DNA from: Adineta vaga
Taxonomy: Eukaryota; Animalia; Rotifera
Reading direction: 5' to 3'
Assembly (NCBI GenBank): GCA_021613535.1
Contig: CP075492.1
Coordinates: forward strand, 7,254,001-7,318,000
Length of the DNA: 64,000 nt
Shown here: positions 12,680 through 25,254 of the stretch, one piece after another
How positions within the stretch are numbered: the first letter of the stretch is position 1
Layout of the letters: each line of letters opens with the position of its first letter
Notes under the pieces: model-generated
Seen by the model: only the letters and a program-made list of their open reading frames with translations
Told to the model about the DNA's origin: nothing
Databases searched by the model: none
Position numbers and translations under genes: made by a program

Positions 12680-12979
12680 ATGTGCTGTGTCAGAGCTATT
12701 CCGGCTATACTTGTATTAGCAGTAGGAGTGTCTATAGCACAAATTGCTTATGGAATATATTATTATCTTCAAAATTCAATCATCTGCGAACGTACTCAAT
12801 TTGCCATTCTATTAATTATGGTTAGTGGTTGTTGTGGCGTTTTATCATTTATATGTCTTTCTTAATGCTGCTATGGATATGAATTTGGATTGAGATCATC
12901 GAATTCTGAAGATAAAATTGCCTCTTCTCTTCTATTTCATAAGTGTTCGAATGAAGCTACATTTATTGCAGTATCATAA
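12680..12979 (+). pseudogene. Small hydrophobic membrane-protein ORF interrupted by an in-frame TAA
   Basis: Two hydrophobic segments, stop at 12863-12865, then the frame continues CCYGYEFG...; could instead be a genuine 61-aa peptide. Confidence 0.3.
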
Positions 12980-13929
12980 TGAACTCTTTTGATCGTCAAA
13001 TTTCACCGAAATATAAATTTGTTGCTCTCAGTAATACTGACTGCTCTTTTTTCTGTTTTAACATAAGTACATAAACGAACAAAAGAAATCTATTTTCGGT
13101 AAGATAGAAGACCTTCATTTTATTGCAATAACATTTCAGAATTCTGACTGAATCAATACTTCTGTCAACAGAGCACGGGCAAACAACTCTATACGTAAAA
13201 CCAAAAATAACAATCAAGAAATACAACTAAACTAAATTGCACCAGCTACACAAGGTAACCATGATTGATGTGTGTTGAAACACGATTCACGTTTCAGCAC
13301 ATTATATTTTGAGAAATCCTCATTTTTGTTGCCCATCAAATACAACATTTCAAAAAATAACTGAAAATGTTAGTGTCTCGCTTTCTTGATACTGAGTGGA
13401 GTAAGAAACAGGAAAATAAGTTGTTGGATGAATAAAAACGTTTTTTTAATGTAAAAAAAGCTTTTCTTGCCGAGAAAAAGTTTTTCTGCTACAAGAAAAA
13501 CCTACGTTTCACATAACAGCCGTCGTCTACTCATTGAATGTAGCATGGAAATAAATTCTTCTGGTAATTTTAAAAGGACGTTGAGACTTATATGATATAA
13601 TTTTCATTTTGGAGACTGTTTATTGACATTGAAGGAAGATAGCTAAAAAGCGAAATTGAAAAACTTATGTTTCCCTCACACATCTTATTCAATACTTTGG
13701 AGACTATTCAGTGATCTGATACAGTCACTAATTTGACTTAGGAGAGAACAATACTAGTTTTGTATAAAACCAGAGCAAGTTTCTTTCATATTATTGATTC
13801 TCTAAGACTGCATGTCAGTGTTTTCTGAATATCCTTGACCCAGCGAATATTTGTTTACTCATCCTTTAATCTACAAGAACCGCTTTAGAATGTATAAGCA
13901 ACAATTACGCGCCCTCTCGTTGTAACGCA

Positions 13930-16396
13930 ATGATTGTTAAAGATTTATGCTCGCTTGATCTATCGGCAGTAAAAGATTCATTCCGTTTACCACATGATTG
14001 TTACATGATTTTTGTGGGACATTTATTGGATGATCATCATCTGGGTAGACTGACGCAAGTAGCTCATGACACAGAAGATTACGATGATCAAGTGGTTGCA
14101 TCTGATAGCCGGTTAGCAATGATGGAAACGGAAGAAATTGAATATTTTTTGGAATATATAACGATATATAAACGAACAGATGTCGATGGACTAATTAATA
14201 ATCGCCAGCGGCATCTTGTTTACGAAGATCATTTCAATCCTGTTCTTTTTGATACGGTTCAAAAAAAAGCTTCATATGAAGAATTGAAACGTGTTTGTCG
14301 TTTTTACGAAAAGAAAGATGGTGTTATCATAGACGATGTAATGAAGTTACATGAAGATCGAACAAAACTATCAACTCCATATTTTCTCGAAAAAGGTCTT
14401 GCTTTAAATGATGCACAGGGAGCAGCATTTGCTCTATCATTTTATACAGGAACGAAAAGTGAATCAGTTAGTCGAGGTGCTAGTCTTATTGCTCGTCAAG
14501 CTAATGGAGAAGTTATTGAAACAAAAACCAAAGAAGAAATGAATGAAGCAGCTATTATTTTGTTTTATTTAGTCAAAGCACTTTCCCATGTTCCTTATTA
14601 TTGGGGTTATGTTACGCGTGCTTGTCAATTAACAGATGCGGAACTTAAATTATATGCACCCGGCTGTTTAATCACATGGATTCAATTTAGTAGCTCAAAG
14701 CGAGGTAAAGAAGTAGCTGGTGGTTTTAATTTTGCTCATCGAAACACATATTTCAAAATATATTCGTTAACTGGTCGACCTATTGGACAATTCTCTAATT
14801 TCGGCAAAGAAGAAGATGAAGTTTTATTTCTGCCACATTCAACATTTTTTGTCTTTAAACATGAAATGGGGTTTCATGGCACGCAACACACGATCTATAT
14901 GCGACAAGTTGAATTAGGTCTTAGCAAATGGTCTGTATTATGGGTTGATGATAGAATATTTGTAGAAAATTGGGAAAACAAGGCTCATATGGAAAGTGCA
15001 GCGACTCGCGCATTAAATATGAACGTCCATTTTATTCCTAAATCATCAACTGAAAGTGCACTAGCATTTTTACGATCACCTTTCGGGCAACGTTTGAAAA
15101 ATAAGTCAATATTTCGTATCGTAACAGATATGAATCGTGAAAATGAAAAACCTGTTCATAATGCTAGCGCTCGATTGATTAAAGCGATACGAAAATTGGG
15201 TTTTAAAAATGAATGCTTAGTGTTTACTAGTGATCAGCAAAATGCAGAAAAAATTATTGCATTCGAACTGAGTTCAGCAGAACAACAAAATGTTACAATT
15301 TCCGATCGTACCAAAGATTTAAGAAGTTTTGTGAATTTTGATCATCCATCGAAATCTTCACAACAATATAATGTTGGAAATACAAGTACGCCCAGTGCGA
15401 AAAATGACGCATATTCAAACAAATCCAACGCTGCTGCTAACGAACTATATCAGGATGTCAGTGCAAGCAAGCAACATAAATCTTATACCGATGTGAACAG
15501 TCACATGATGCACAATTCTAGTAATACAGACATCGATATTCTAATAAGAAACTGTCAACGTCGAAAGTTGGCTAATAGTCGCCATAAGTAAGTTTCAAAA
15601 GTATTACATTGTAATAAAACGATATGTTTATTGTGTAGTTGTGTCTTACTAACCACTGGCTCTTTTAATCCTGTTCATCCTTTACATTTTCAAAATCTAA
15701 TACATGTTAAAGAATATCTTGAAAATGAACAAAAAACTCAATGGAATGTTCTTGCTGGTTATATCTCACCAACACAGTATGTTATTTTGAAATGATTTTT
15801 TTCTTCTGCAGTAATCTATTAGAAATAATTTTACTTTTTAAAGTGATTCATATGTACATTCCAAATTGGGTGATCCGGCATGGATTCCAGCTAAAGATCG
15901 ATGTAAACTTTGTGAAGCAACAATCGAATACGAAGGTACAGAAGTCTCATCTTGGATTAGTGTCTCTCGAGGTGAAAGCAAATGGGACGAGGGGTTCGTT
16001 GATTTCGGTCCTGTTGCTGAAAATCTACGTGATTTTCTTAATAATGAATTGGTTGGTCAAGGAAATATTTTTCAACATCCATTATGCGTCGTTTATGTCT
16101 GCGGATTAGATCATTTCAACAAATGTTTGTACGTTGAAAATATGACCAAACAGCATAATATGGCTTGTGCTATTGTTTTTCGAGTGGGATATGATGAACA
16201 ACAAATCGCTCGTTCGGTAAAAACATCAGGTGCCATTTATATTCCACTAGCTAAAGAACGTACGAAACTTGTTGATGTTAGTTCAACACAAATTCGACAG
16301 TATTTCGAAAATCCTTCATCTACCAAGACAAATATCGAACGGAATATTTATCCAGCTGTCCGCGAATATATGAGCAGAAAATATCGAAAAAAATAA
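13930..16396 (+). CDS. Fusion protein: ADP-ribosyltransferase + CheY-like receiver + NMNAT-like nucleotidyltransferase (exons 13930-15587, 15639-15776, 15844-16396; 782 aa)
   Basis: ART: ALSFYTG, VTRAC, WIQFSSS, EEDEVLFLP. Receiver: VLWVDD..IVTDMNR..LVFTS. After two phase-2 GT-AG introns, NMNAT: LLTTGSFNPVHPLH, GYISPTHDSYV, R..LCE, VYVCGLDHF, DVSSTQIR. Confidence 0.9.
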
Positions 16397-16539
16397 AGTT
16401 TTTCGATGGTATCTCTACAAGACTTGACAAAATAACTTCATTTGTAGTGTGTTTTTAGATGCTTAATTCAATTTTTTTATATAATTATTTTAATCACTAA
16501 ATTCTCATGAAAAGCAGAACAATTATTAGTTAAAAATGG

Positions 16540-17474
16540 TCAATGTCGTTTAGTTGTGAATGCAGATGATGATTGTGGTTTTGTATTGGATGAAAGAAAT
16601 AGAGGAGTAAATACACCTTTCGTTACCAAACTTGCTTTTCCTATCCAACAATAATCAGTTCCGTTTGGGCCATGTATTTGAACACCAGTAAATAATGCAT
16701 ATTGACGATTTTTAAAATGTTCAGCATCGCGTCGAACATATCTTTCTAAATCGATAGTAATTGTTTGATAAGCAGCCATGGTAACTTTAACTAGATCTGG
16801 TGCATTTCTACCGCTTCCATAAGATCAGTGTGTTTAACGATATGTTTTTTTAACATACTCATTTCAATATCATTTTCATCGAAGTCGAGCTTCAATTTAC
16901 CTGAAGCAATTTCGCTTGTGAAAGCAGCGAGAGCACCACATGCTGTAGTCTTTTCTTTCATACCACTGCGTGTTCTATAAACTGAACCAATATTTCCCTC
17001 ATGATCAATGGCAATATGTGTAAAACAATAGTAAACAAAATGACCATCATCTGGAGCATGATGATGTGCAGCAGAAAAACCAGTTTCTCCACAAAATAAC
17101 ATGCCACCCAACGAACCACAAATGAATGCTTGTCCCCACATTGCTTCTATTTCTTCTTCGAAAGGACTGGTAATTTCATCACGACATAAACCAACACAAA
17201 CTAAAGTATTAACATGAGGATAGAAACCTTTGGGTACTAAGGTTTGTTTTGACTGAAAAACAAATTCCTCCAATCCGTAAGCATTTGGAAAGACGCTTTG
17301 TAACTTAGTTTGAAAAGCATCACCATTACTTTTGCCTTCCTTCAAACTTTGACGACAGTGAGGACAAGTTTTGTCTGCATGCGACTGATCGGATGAATCA
17401 ATCAATGAACGACCACTTCGAGAAGAAGTAATAACATGATGTCCATTTTGGTTTTGCGAAGAATGAGAATTCAT
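16540..17474 (-). CDS. LCIB/LCIC-family (limiting-CO2-inducible) beta-carbonic-anhydrase-like protein, apparent frameshift at ~16822
   Basis: GLCRDE, LGG..F.G.TGF.AA.HH.P, HIAID..G..G...R, ACGAL; after the shift PDLVKVT..AY..IT.DLE and YALFTGVQIHG. Intronless CDS. Confidence 0.85.
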
Positions 17475-18629
17475 CCTATCTATAATGTATAATATCTTTT
17501 GGTAACTTACTGAAGTAATAAAAATTCAACTATCTGATGCACAAACAGAGAGTATAAATATTGAGCAATATTTTTCTGCTTTTGCTCTGATATATGACGA
17601 CGGTTGTCACAACTATTTCGTCATGAAAACATAAAAAGTTGAAATATTCTAGTTCGTATTGACGACCAACCGATAAAAACAATTTTAATAACAAGCTGCG
17701 AAGCGACCAGCAACAGAAAGAAAATAACCGAATGTGTATACACTATGAAATATAGTTTGTATAAGATTGTTTGTTGAGTAGGAAGGTGTAAAGTGCGTTC
17801 AGTGTCGAAATGATGCATCGATGTAGAATGTCTGTACATTTTTGTGTGGGTTTGATGATGAATAATACGAAGAGTAGTTTCAGCTTATAGAATATTATTG
17901 TTTACATTACACGATAGTGAATACCTACATTCAATTAAAAACATTGCAGAAATAATGAATGTACTTTTAACGAAGGAATGTGGTCTGTTTAGGCATTTTT
18001 CTTTCTTTGTTTAGCTGTTTGTTTAACAAGTTATTTGGTCAGACTCAATGTTAGTTTTTATGTCATCATAACAGCGTTTTTTTCTTTTCTCGTTTGTTTT
18101 TATAACATCAGCATAAAGCTATTCTTTTCTGGTAAGAAAAATAATACAAAATGCATGGCAAGAATAAATCGAAGCTAACGCTCACTGACAAACTATGGTT
18201 AATAAATAAAATGAAATAAATGTTGATGCCATACAATTACTTGACGACGAGATTATTTTTCTAATATGACACTAACATCACGAGTAAAACTAAACCTAAT
18301 CAAGATCATTGTACATCCACAACTTATGAAATATAAATAATATGTCGTTCAGTTGATGCTTATAATACTAAACTGTAACGGATGACCAATACAGAAAAAG
18401 ATTACTCTTCTAAAATGAAGAATATATAAAGATATGCTTTTCTAAATCATACTCAGACGTTTTAACTTTTTCGTTTTTCTTCTGATCTGATTGATGTAAG
18501 TAAAATGACTAAGAGCACGATGTGGAGAGAAAACTTGATATTGCCCACATAGAAGTAAAACTTATGCTTTTTGTATTTTTTCATTAATATATAACTAAAA
18601 TCTAACTTTCATAGTAACACCTATATAAC

Positions 18630-19294
18630 GCTAATAATCTACCAGATATTGCTGTTCTTCTAGACGATCCTTTTGGTGTGAATGTACTTCTTGAAAATAA
18701 CAATGAAACTTTCATAGTAAAGACATCTTTTTCAACAGAGTGTGAAAGAATATGTAAATCTGCTGTTCGGTAGAGTTGATGGAACATTTTCAATTGGGTC
18801 GAATAGTTTTCCCATATCTCTACCAGTCCGTGATTTCGATAAAGATAGTCATATCAATATTACTTTTGCCAATTCTCTTAGTAAAGACATTGGTATCTTA
18901 TTTGAATCTGGAAATGTTAGTTTTCATAGATGACAGTTGTTTTTCGTTTGGGGTCATGTCGTTAGAGTTACTGGTGCAAGATGCTATTAGTGTCACTGAC
19001 TTTAATGATAATACTCAACCCGGCATTACGTTTAATTTTGTTGGGAGTCGTAATCTTGGCGTTTAATTAAATTATTAGAATGGGTCGTTGAAGAATAAGC
19101 CGAGTTTTTCTACTCTAACAAACTCTAGCACAACATCTTCTGCTGCCACCGGGTATTTTGATTGCGATGGTCGTCAAGATATTATTATATTATACTTAGT
19201 TTCAAAGTATGACTTAAAAACGAGTTTTACTATAAGACCTGTTGCTCTACTTTCGTTTCCCCTCTGTTTTAGACATGTCATCATGTGCGAATAA
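18630..19294 (+). pseudogene. Decayed FG-GAP/VCBS-repeat gene fragment
   Basis: Repeat remnants DFDKDSHINITFAN, DFNDNTQPGITF and GYFDCDGRQDIIIL lie in different frames with stops. Confidence 0.6.
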
Positions 19295-19655
19295 CAGATA
19301 AAATCGAAACATGACCTTGTTTTTCCATTGTTGCTGCGAAGTTGTAGGAGATCAAAAATAAGAAAAGATGTATACTGTCTACTGTCACGCATTTCATCAT
19401 GTAATAATGAGAACAGAAAAATATGTTTGCGACATCTCACAGGATTAATTTACGAGATTGAAATAATAAACGCTTGATATCGTGTTAAATCTTGAACTTT
19501 AATTACACAACACATAAAGATTATGTTTTTGCTTCGAGGATTAATATTTCTCTTTTAATCTACACTGACGTGATGAAATTTCTTCCTATAAAACAGTTGA
19601 TCTTCCATTAGAGTCTTTCATTAAAAAGAGCGAGAAAGTCGAGTTTTGAAAAACG

Positions 19656-20719
19656 ATGGATTCTTTAGCAACGACTGTAACTATTCTAAATAATATTCGT
19701 TTGTCTATTTTTTATACTTATTTCTTTGGAATTTTTCTTGGAATCATTGGTCATATTCTGAATATTCTTGTTCTCACTCAATTAAAACTATTTCGAAACA
19801 ATCGTTGGGTGTTCTACTTAGTGATTGAATCTGTCGTTGATATTGTCTATTGTATAATCATATCATCTAGTAATATATTACAAGTAATCTATCAAATTGA
19901 TCCTCAAGGTAGTAACCTTGTTTGGTGTCGAATACGATCATGCTTATTTCAAACGTGTACACTCACATCATCATTTACAATATGTATAGCTGCTTGCGAT
20001 CAATTTTTTTCAACAACTTATCGATTAAATGTACGACAAATGTGCACGTTTAAACTCGCTCAATGTATAATAGCTATTGGTTTTTGGATATGGCTTATAC
20101 ATAGTGTTATATTTAGTTTTTATCTTAATATAAATCCACCATCTGGATGTGTTATTACAAATTCTGTATTTCTTGAATATTCATCTTGGTTCTTCTATCC
20201 AGTTCTATATGGTCCATTGCAAGTTTTCATTGCAGCAACATCAAGTTTATTAGCTTTTCAAAATGTTCGTCGAATTGTTCGTCAACAAGTTCCAATTGTT
20301 CGTCGTCGACTTGATCAACAAATGACTGCAATGATTTTAGTACGAGCTTTGTTTTATGTTATATTTTCCTTACCCTACTCAGTTTATCGTGTCATTATTA
20401 TCAACAGACCCTATTCTCAATTGAATGTCTTAGAAAATGCCATCCGACAACTACTGCAAGCGGCTTTCACATCTTGGACTGGCGTAAATTTCATAGTAAA
20501 CTTTCATTTTACATTTTCTCTGCTTTAAGATAATATGATTGTTTATTTTAGATCAGTTTCTACATATTCATAGCGATATCAGCACGGTATCGTCATCAGG
20601 TTAGATATCTTTTAGTAAAGAAATATTGGCGACGACTAAGATATTGGTTTTCATTCGATAAAAATCAGATTGTTCCAACAAGCACATTACCAGTTAGTTC
20701 TAGTATTGAACTTGAATAA
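19656..20719 (+). CDS. Class A-like GPCR (exons 19656-20495, 20552-20719)
   Basis: Seven hydrophobic helices; G.ILNI, WCRIR, CIAACDQF (DRY equivalent), RRRLDQQMT; spliced TM7 SFYIFIAISARYR. Confidence 0.9.
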
Positions 20720-21025
20720 ATCATATCTTTAGTTTCTTATTTTAATAAATTTTTAAGTCATAATTACAAAAAAAAGCTGTTATTGTCACGGAATGCTTAT
20801 AGAATTGAAAATGTAGATGCGTCGAATCCAAGATTATTCAGGTGTACATAAGATAATAAATAACCTTTGAAAAAGCGGATTATTCACGAGGCATCCTTCT
20901 CTTTATGCGTTCTCGTATTTCATAATTATCAGGTACATGGAAAAAAAAACCGGCGCAAATGACAGAAAATTCAACGCGTCATTTTCAATATTATAATGTA
21001 GATCATAAAATAAAGATATAGAGCT

Positions 21026-22114
21026 TTAGTTTGCTTTTGTGATAGTCAGAGCAGCATAGGAAGATGAAGATTGATTTTCAGTCCATTTGAACCATGGATC
21101 CATTTTGACCATATTACTTATTATATCTGTGGCAACTTCGTCCAAAGCATGAATTTTGATATTAACATTGACAATTTTAATGTCTTCAATTAATTTCGTC
21201 CAACGTGTTCGGTTAAAATATTCTAAATAATCCTCATAATGATTCGTGAAAACATAAACAGAATAATCGACTTCTAATTGACGAAGTTGCCTATTGGTTG
21301 AAGCACAGATACGTTCCAATTCCTCAAATTTTAAACCGAATAGAGAAAGTTTTACTATAGACAGAGCATGCAAAGACAAAGATTTGTTTGGATGAGAAGA
21401 AGGTGATTGATAGAAAATATCTTCTGGATTGTTGCGTTGACTACTGAGAGATTTTAATGCATGACAACATGAAATAATATCGAAGAAAATTCTTGAATCA
21501 ATATTATCGATACATAGATATTCTATAGAATGATTAGAAGGTAAATCGAGAATACATTGACGATCAAAGTTTGTTTCTTGTAAATTCCAGAGACTCAATG
21601 TACAATGACGTAATTTTGGATGTTGAAAAAGAGTTTTAAATAATATACCGATGGATGTACTAAATGTTTTGTCTACAAATCTTCCTATACACTTTAGTCG
21701 GAACATTTTTAACATATGTAATTGAGGGAGAGCTTCACAGAGATACGATAATTTCAATGCCGCTTGTTTTGCACGAATGTGAAGATTCACTGAACGTAGA
21801 CTTATAAGACACGATGCATGATATCGAAGAAATTGTATGGTATAACCCGAATGTAAAGAACTAATTGTGTCCAGTGCTTGAATCCATTGTAATTTCATAG
21901 GATTTAATCTTTCAAAAGCCTGAGAATTAGCAAATACGTGATTCTGATTTATTTTAATTCGAAAAATGATTGGCAGTTGTGGAGAACTGAGAAGAAAATC
22001 GAAGTATGAATTGAGGTTACGAAATGCAACAGCGATATGTTCAGACGTAAGATATCGGAAGATTTCGAGCCACAATTCTACAGGAAAATTTTCAATGTGT
22101 ACGCGAGTCGTCAT
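21026..22114 (-). CDS. F-box domain protein
   Basis: IENFPVELWLEIFRYL..AFRNLN F-box followed by LRR-like repeats; single-exon ORF. Confidence 0.85.
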   Translation of the reverse strand: MTTRVHIENFPVELWLEIFRYLTSEHIAVAFRNLNSYFDFLLSSPQLPIIFRIKINQNHVFANSQAFERLNPMKLQWIQALDTISSLHSGYTIQFLRYHASCLISLRSVNLHIRAKQAALKLSYLCEALPQLHMLKMFRLKCIGRFVDKTFSTSIGILFKTLFQHPKLRHCTLSLWNLQETNFDRQCILDLPSNHSIEYLCIDNIDSRIFFDIISCCHALKSLSSQRNNPEDIFYQSPSSHPNKSLSLHALSIVKLSLFGLKFEELERICASTNRQLRQLEVDYSVYVFTNHYEDYLEYFNRTRWTKLIEDIKIVNVNIKIHALDEVATDIISNMVKMDPWFKWTENQSSSSYAALTITKAN

Positions 22115-23389
22115 TTAATATTACTCACCTTGGTCATAAAATATTACTCCTATATAGGTGTTTATATAACGATGCATTAGTCTTGCGTAATATCATATCT
22201 CGATTGGTTATTTCCATAATTCGTATGTAGACGAAATGAGACATATTGAAGATTTCAAAATATTCTTATCTACGATGTGTGAGAATTCTCAGTAATGCAA
22301 TACAATACACGGTGTGTCAGATAAGAATTTGAAGAGTGAAGCATAAGGGATAAATACAATACGTTTACGAATATATATATATATATTTACTATCTAATGA
22401 TTACTGAAGCAGGAAAGACGTAGACAGTTGAAGTACAGATATAAATTTCGGTAATTATTATCCAATACTTCTTATAACGCATTGATAATTTTGATCTGGT
22501 CTTCTATTGGGTCGTCAAATGTCAATGCAATTGACGGTAGTACTGAAAGTGTTGTTAACTTTATTTACGATGCTTTTATTTTACGATTGTCATGTTCTTG
22601 ATCAAGATCTCGCATGAAATAAATCAATTTTCTGTTCTATTCAGTATCATATTTGAAAACAATACTCACTAAGATTCAGAACATTTGCCAGTAAATGACC
22701 CTTGAGCGGTTCCAACTTTTGCGATGCGATCTTTCAAGAAACAAGCTCCAACTAAATTCATTGTTCATGCAATACATGTTGATTGTCTTTCGCAGAAAAG
22801 AGCACATTCAAATGACGAATCAACTACAATGATCGTCAATTCTTCGATATTACCTAACTCGTAAATTGGATTGGTCAAAAACTTTGCACATCGTTGTTTT
22901 TCGGTTGATACCTATTCAAATCAATAAGGCAGTGGGTTGATTTCATGCTTGAATGGATATCTTTACAAATTCTTATTATGACGAATTCTGGAGCAAAGAA
23001 TACACGGAGAACCTCGAATATATTTGTACAAATAAAAATCTACAAGCTTTATACGAAAACACACATAAACTTATATGTTTGTCAGGAAAGAGAGAAAAAT
23101 GTATCATAGAGATAGAGATATGTAGATGATAAAGGTTTATTGGTGGAGAATAGAACGCGATATAAAACAGACCAATATTATGAAGTTATTAAGTGTATAT
23201 ATTCAGTTGAAAACAGTGTTCATTTGATGCTTGTGGTCAACAACGATCAAAGAAAATTTCATGAAAAGAAAGTATAGTTATTCATACGTTCCTTTCTGTT
23301 ATCTATCGTTCGTAAATATTAGCTTTTAATCTTCACTCTATGACTCATTTCTTTTTCCTACGTGTCCTTTCATAACAAAAACTTTCACA

Positions 23390-25129
23390 ATGTCGACAAC
23401 ATGGCTTGATCATTTACCAGTAGAAATTGTTTTTCAAATCTTTCGTTACTTGTCATCAAATGATATCGTCTATGCATTTGCTCATTTCAGTGAACGATTT
23501 CAACGTATTTTGATAACAAATTCTGAAAATTATTTAAAATTATATTTACCCACAAATAATTTCAAAGAATGGGAAATCATTTGTTCAATCATTGGTTCCT
23601 ACATTGAATTCATCGAGATCGATACATGTGATGTCTTCTTTCCATTATCGAATTTTCCTAATTTAAAATCTCTCGTGTTATCTTCGTCATGTAAATTAAT
23701 TGATGAACAATTAAAACTTATTATTGAAAATAAACAATTTAATAAACTTCAATCATTTGAATTATTCAAACAGAAACTTTTCGTCAATGAAACCGATCTT
23801 GACAATACAACAAGTCATAATTATCTACTTCCAAAAATTTGGAATTATCAAAATTCTTTAGGAATCGTTCATTATTCAGCTTTAATTCCAACATTTTCTG
23901 TTTTAAATCTAAATAATTTGCAAAGCAATCAAAATTTACATTCCCTAACAATAATATTAAATGAATTGAATGATATATTTACACTTCTATCATATACACC
24001 AAATCTAAACTATTTAAATCTTCAATCATATCCACCTAAAGTATTTCAAACAACAAACTATGGAAAAAAACATAAATTAAAAGAATTTCATTTAAAACTA
24101 AATAATAAATGGAATCGTTCAATTGATTTTAATCAATTAATCGATGTTATACATCAAATATCTTCAACATTAGTTTGTTTATCAATAAATTTTGCCACTT
24201 CATTTCTTGATCATACAAGAGGATCACCAATAGATCATTCGAAACTTGAACAATTCTTTGAAACAATGAATGAATTGAAAGAATTCCATCTATACGTTAA
24301 ATTACCAAGACAACACGAACAAAATATCAAGATTTTCTCTAACTTTCAAAAACAATTTTGGTCCAATCGGAATTTGTCATTTGGAATGTATGGAAATTAT
24401 TTGTATACAGTACCGTTTTATTTCAATTATCTTCATGAAGTTGATCAGAATTTTCATAGAAATCATCCTTTGAATGTCTGGTCCAATGTGCGATATATTG
24501 AATTATCTGTTGCATCGAATTCTAATGGAAACAATATTATACAAGAATTAAAACTGAAAATTCCAAAATTAATAATAATTTTATGGAGAAACTATTCCGA
24601 TTCAAATTTCAATTACAATGAAAAAAAGAATACTATGATAAATCATATTAATATTATTCATTCTAGTTTTCGAGATTCTTTGATATATTCAAATGAAGAT
24701 TGGTATGTTTTCACATTACTCGAATGCACTCATTTATTCTTACGAAATGAAGACGCTTTTTCTGCAACAGCAAGAGTAAAACTACGCTTGAATTCTATTC
24801 AATATATTGGCCTTGTAAGACTGTCGAAACTTCATCAGTTTTGTCTTTTCAATGTTCCACATGTGGATTTTTCGATCGATAGAAAACGTGCATCATTACA
24901 ATGGTATGCGCATATCCTAACGAAATTTATCAAAAGTTTCCAATCTTTAGAAACAATAAAGATCTTTATTGAAGATTCACTTTCTTCAAATGAGACAAAT
25001 TCAAATACAGAAACAGAACTAATCGAATTGATTGTATATTTAAATATGAATGATGAAATTTTAAGTCATTTTAAACTTAAATACTATTCCGATTATTTTC
25101 TATTGAAAAGAATAAACTTATATACATAA
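23390..25129 (+). CDS. F-box domain protein
   Basis: LDHLPVEIVFQIFRYLSSNDIVYAF; LRR-like body with TPNLNYL and LYTVPF. Confidence 0.87.
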   Translation: MSTTWLDHLPVEIVFQIFRYLSSNDIVYAFAHFSERFQRILITNSENYLKLYLPTNNFKEWEIICSIIGSYIEFIEIDTCDVFFPLSNFPNLKSLVLSSSCKLIDEQLKLIIENKQFNKLQSFELFKQKLFVNETDLDNTTSHNYLLPKIWNYQNSLGIVHYSALIPTFSVLNLNNLQSNQNLHSLTIILNELNDIFTLLSYTPNLNYLNLQSYPPKVFQTTNYGKKHKLKEFHLKLNNKWNRSIDFNQLIDVIHQISSTLVCLSINFATSFLDHTRGSPIDHSKLEQFFETMNELKEFHLYVKLPRQHEQNIKIFSNFQKQFWSNRNLSFGMYGNYLYTVPFYFNYLHEVDQNFHRNHPLNVWSNVRYIELSVASNSNGNNIIQELKLKIPKLIIILWRNYSDSNFNYNEKKNTMINHINIIHSSFRDSLIYSNEDWYVFTLLECTHLFLRNEDAFSATARVKLRLNSIQYIGLVRLSKLHQFCLFNVPHVDFSIDRKRASLQWYAHILTKFIKSFQSLETIKIFIEDSLSSNETNSNTETELIELIVYLNMNDEILSHFKLKYYSDYFLLKRINLYT

Positions 25130-25254
25130 TTGAAGATTTTGTTATTGTTGCTGATTACTCGATGTCTTTCTCTTTCTTCGTTTACTCTTAAACATTGTTG
25201 ATAAGATTCTTATCTATGGTCTTCTATGACCACATTGTAACATTAAGTTTTAGA

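Noticed and set aside
13812-13929. N-terminal extension of the ART-NMNAT gene from ATG 13812
   Set aside because: Requires both a frameshift and bypass of an in-frame TAA; kept 13930 as start pending cDNA.
15741-16109. 122-aa ORF overlapping the NMNAT exons
   Set aside because: Wrong frame and reads through an intron; the spliced frame carries the conserved motifs.
22305-22920. Possible old Tc1-like remnant between F-box genes
   Set aside because: Only a weak resemblance; no matching second TIR or ORF.
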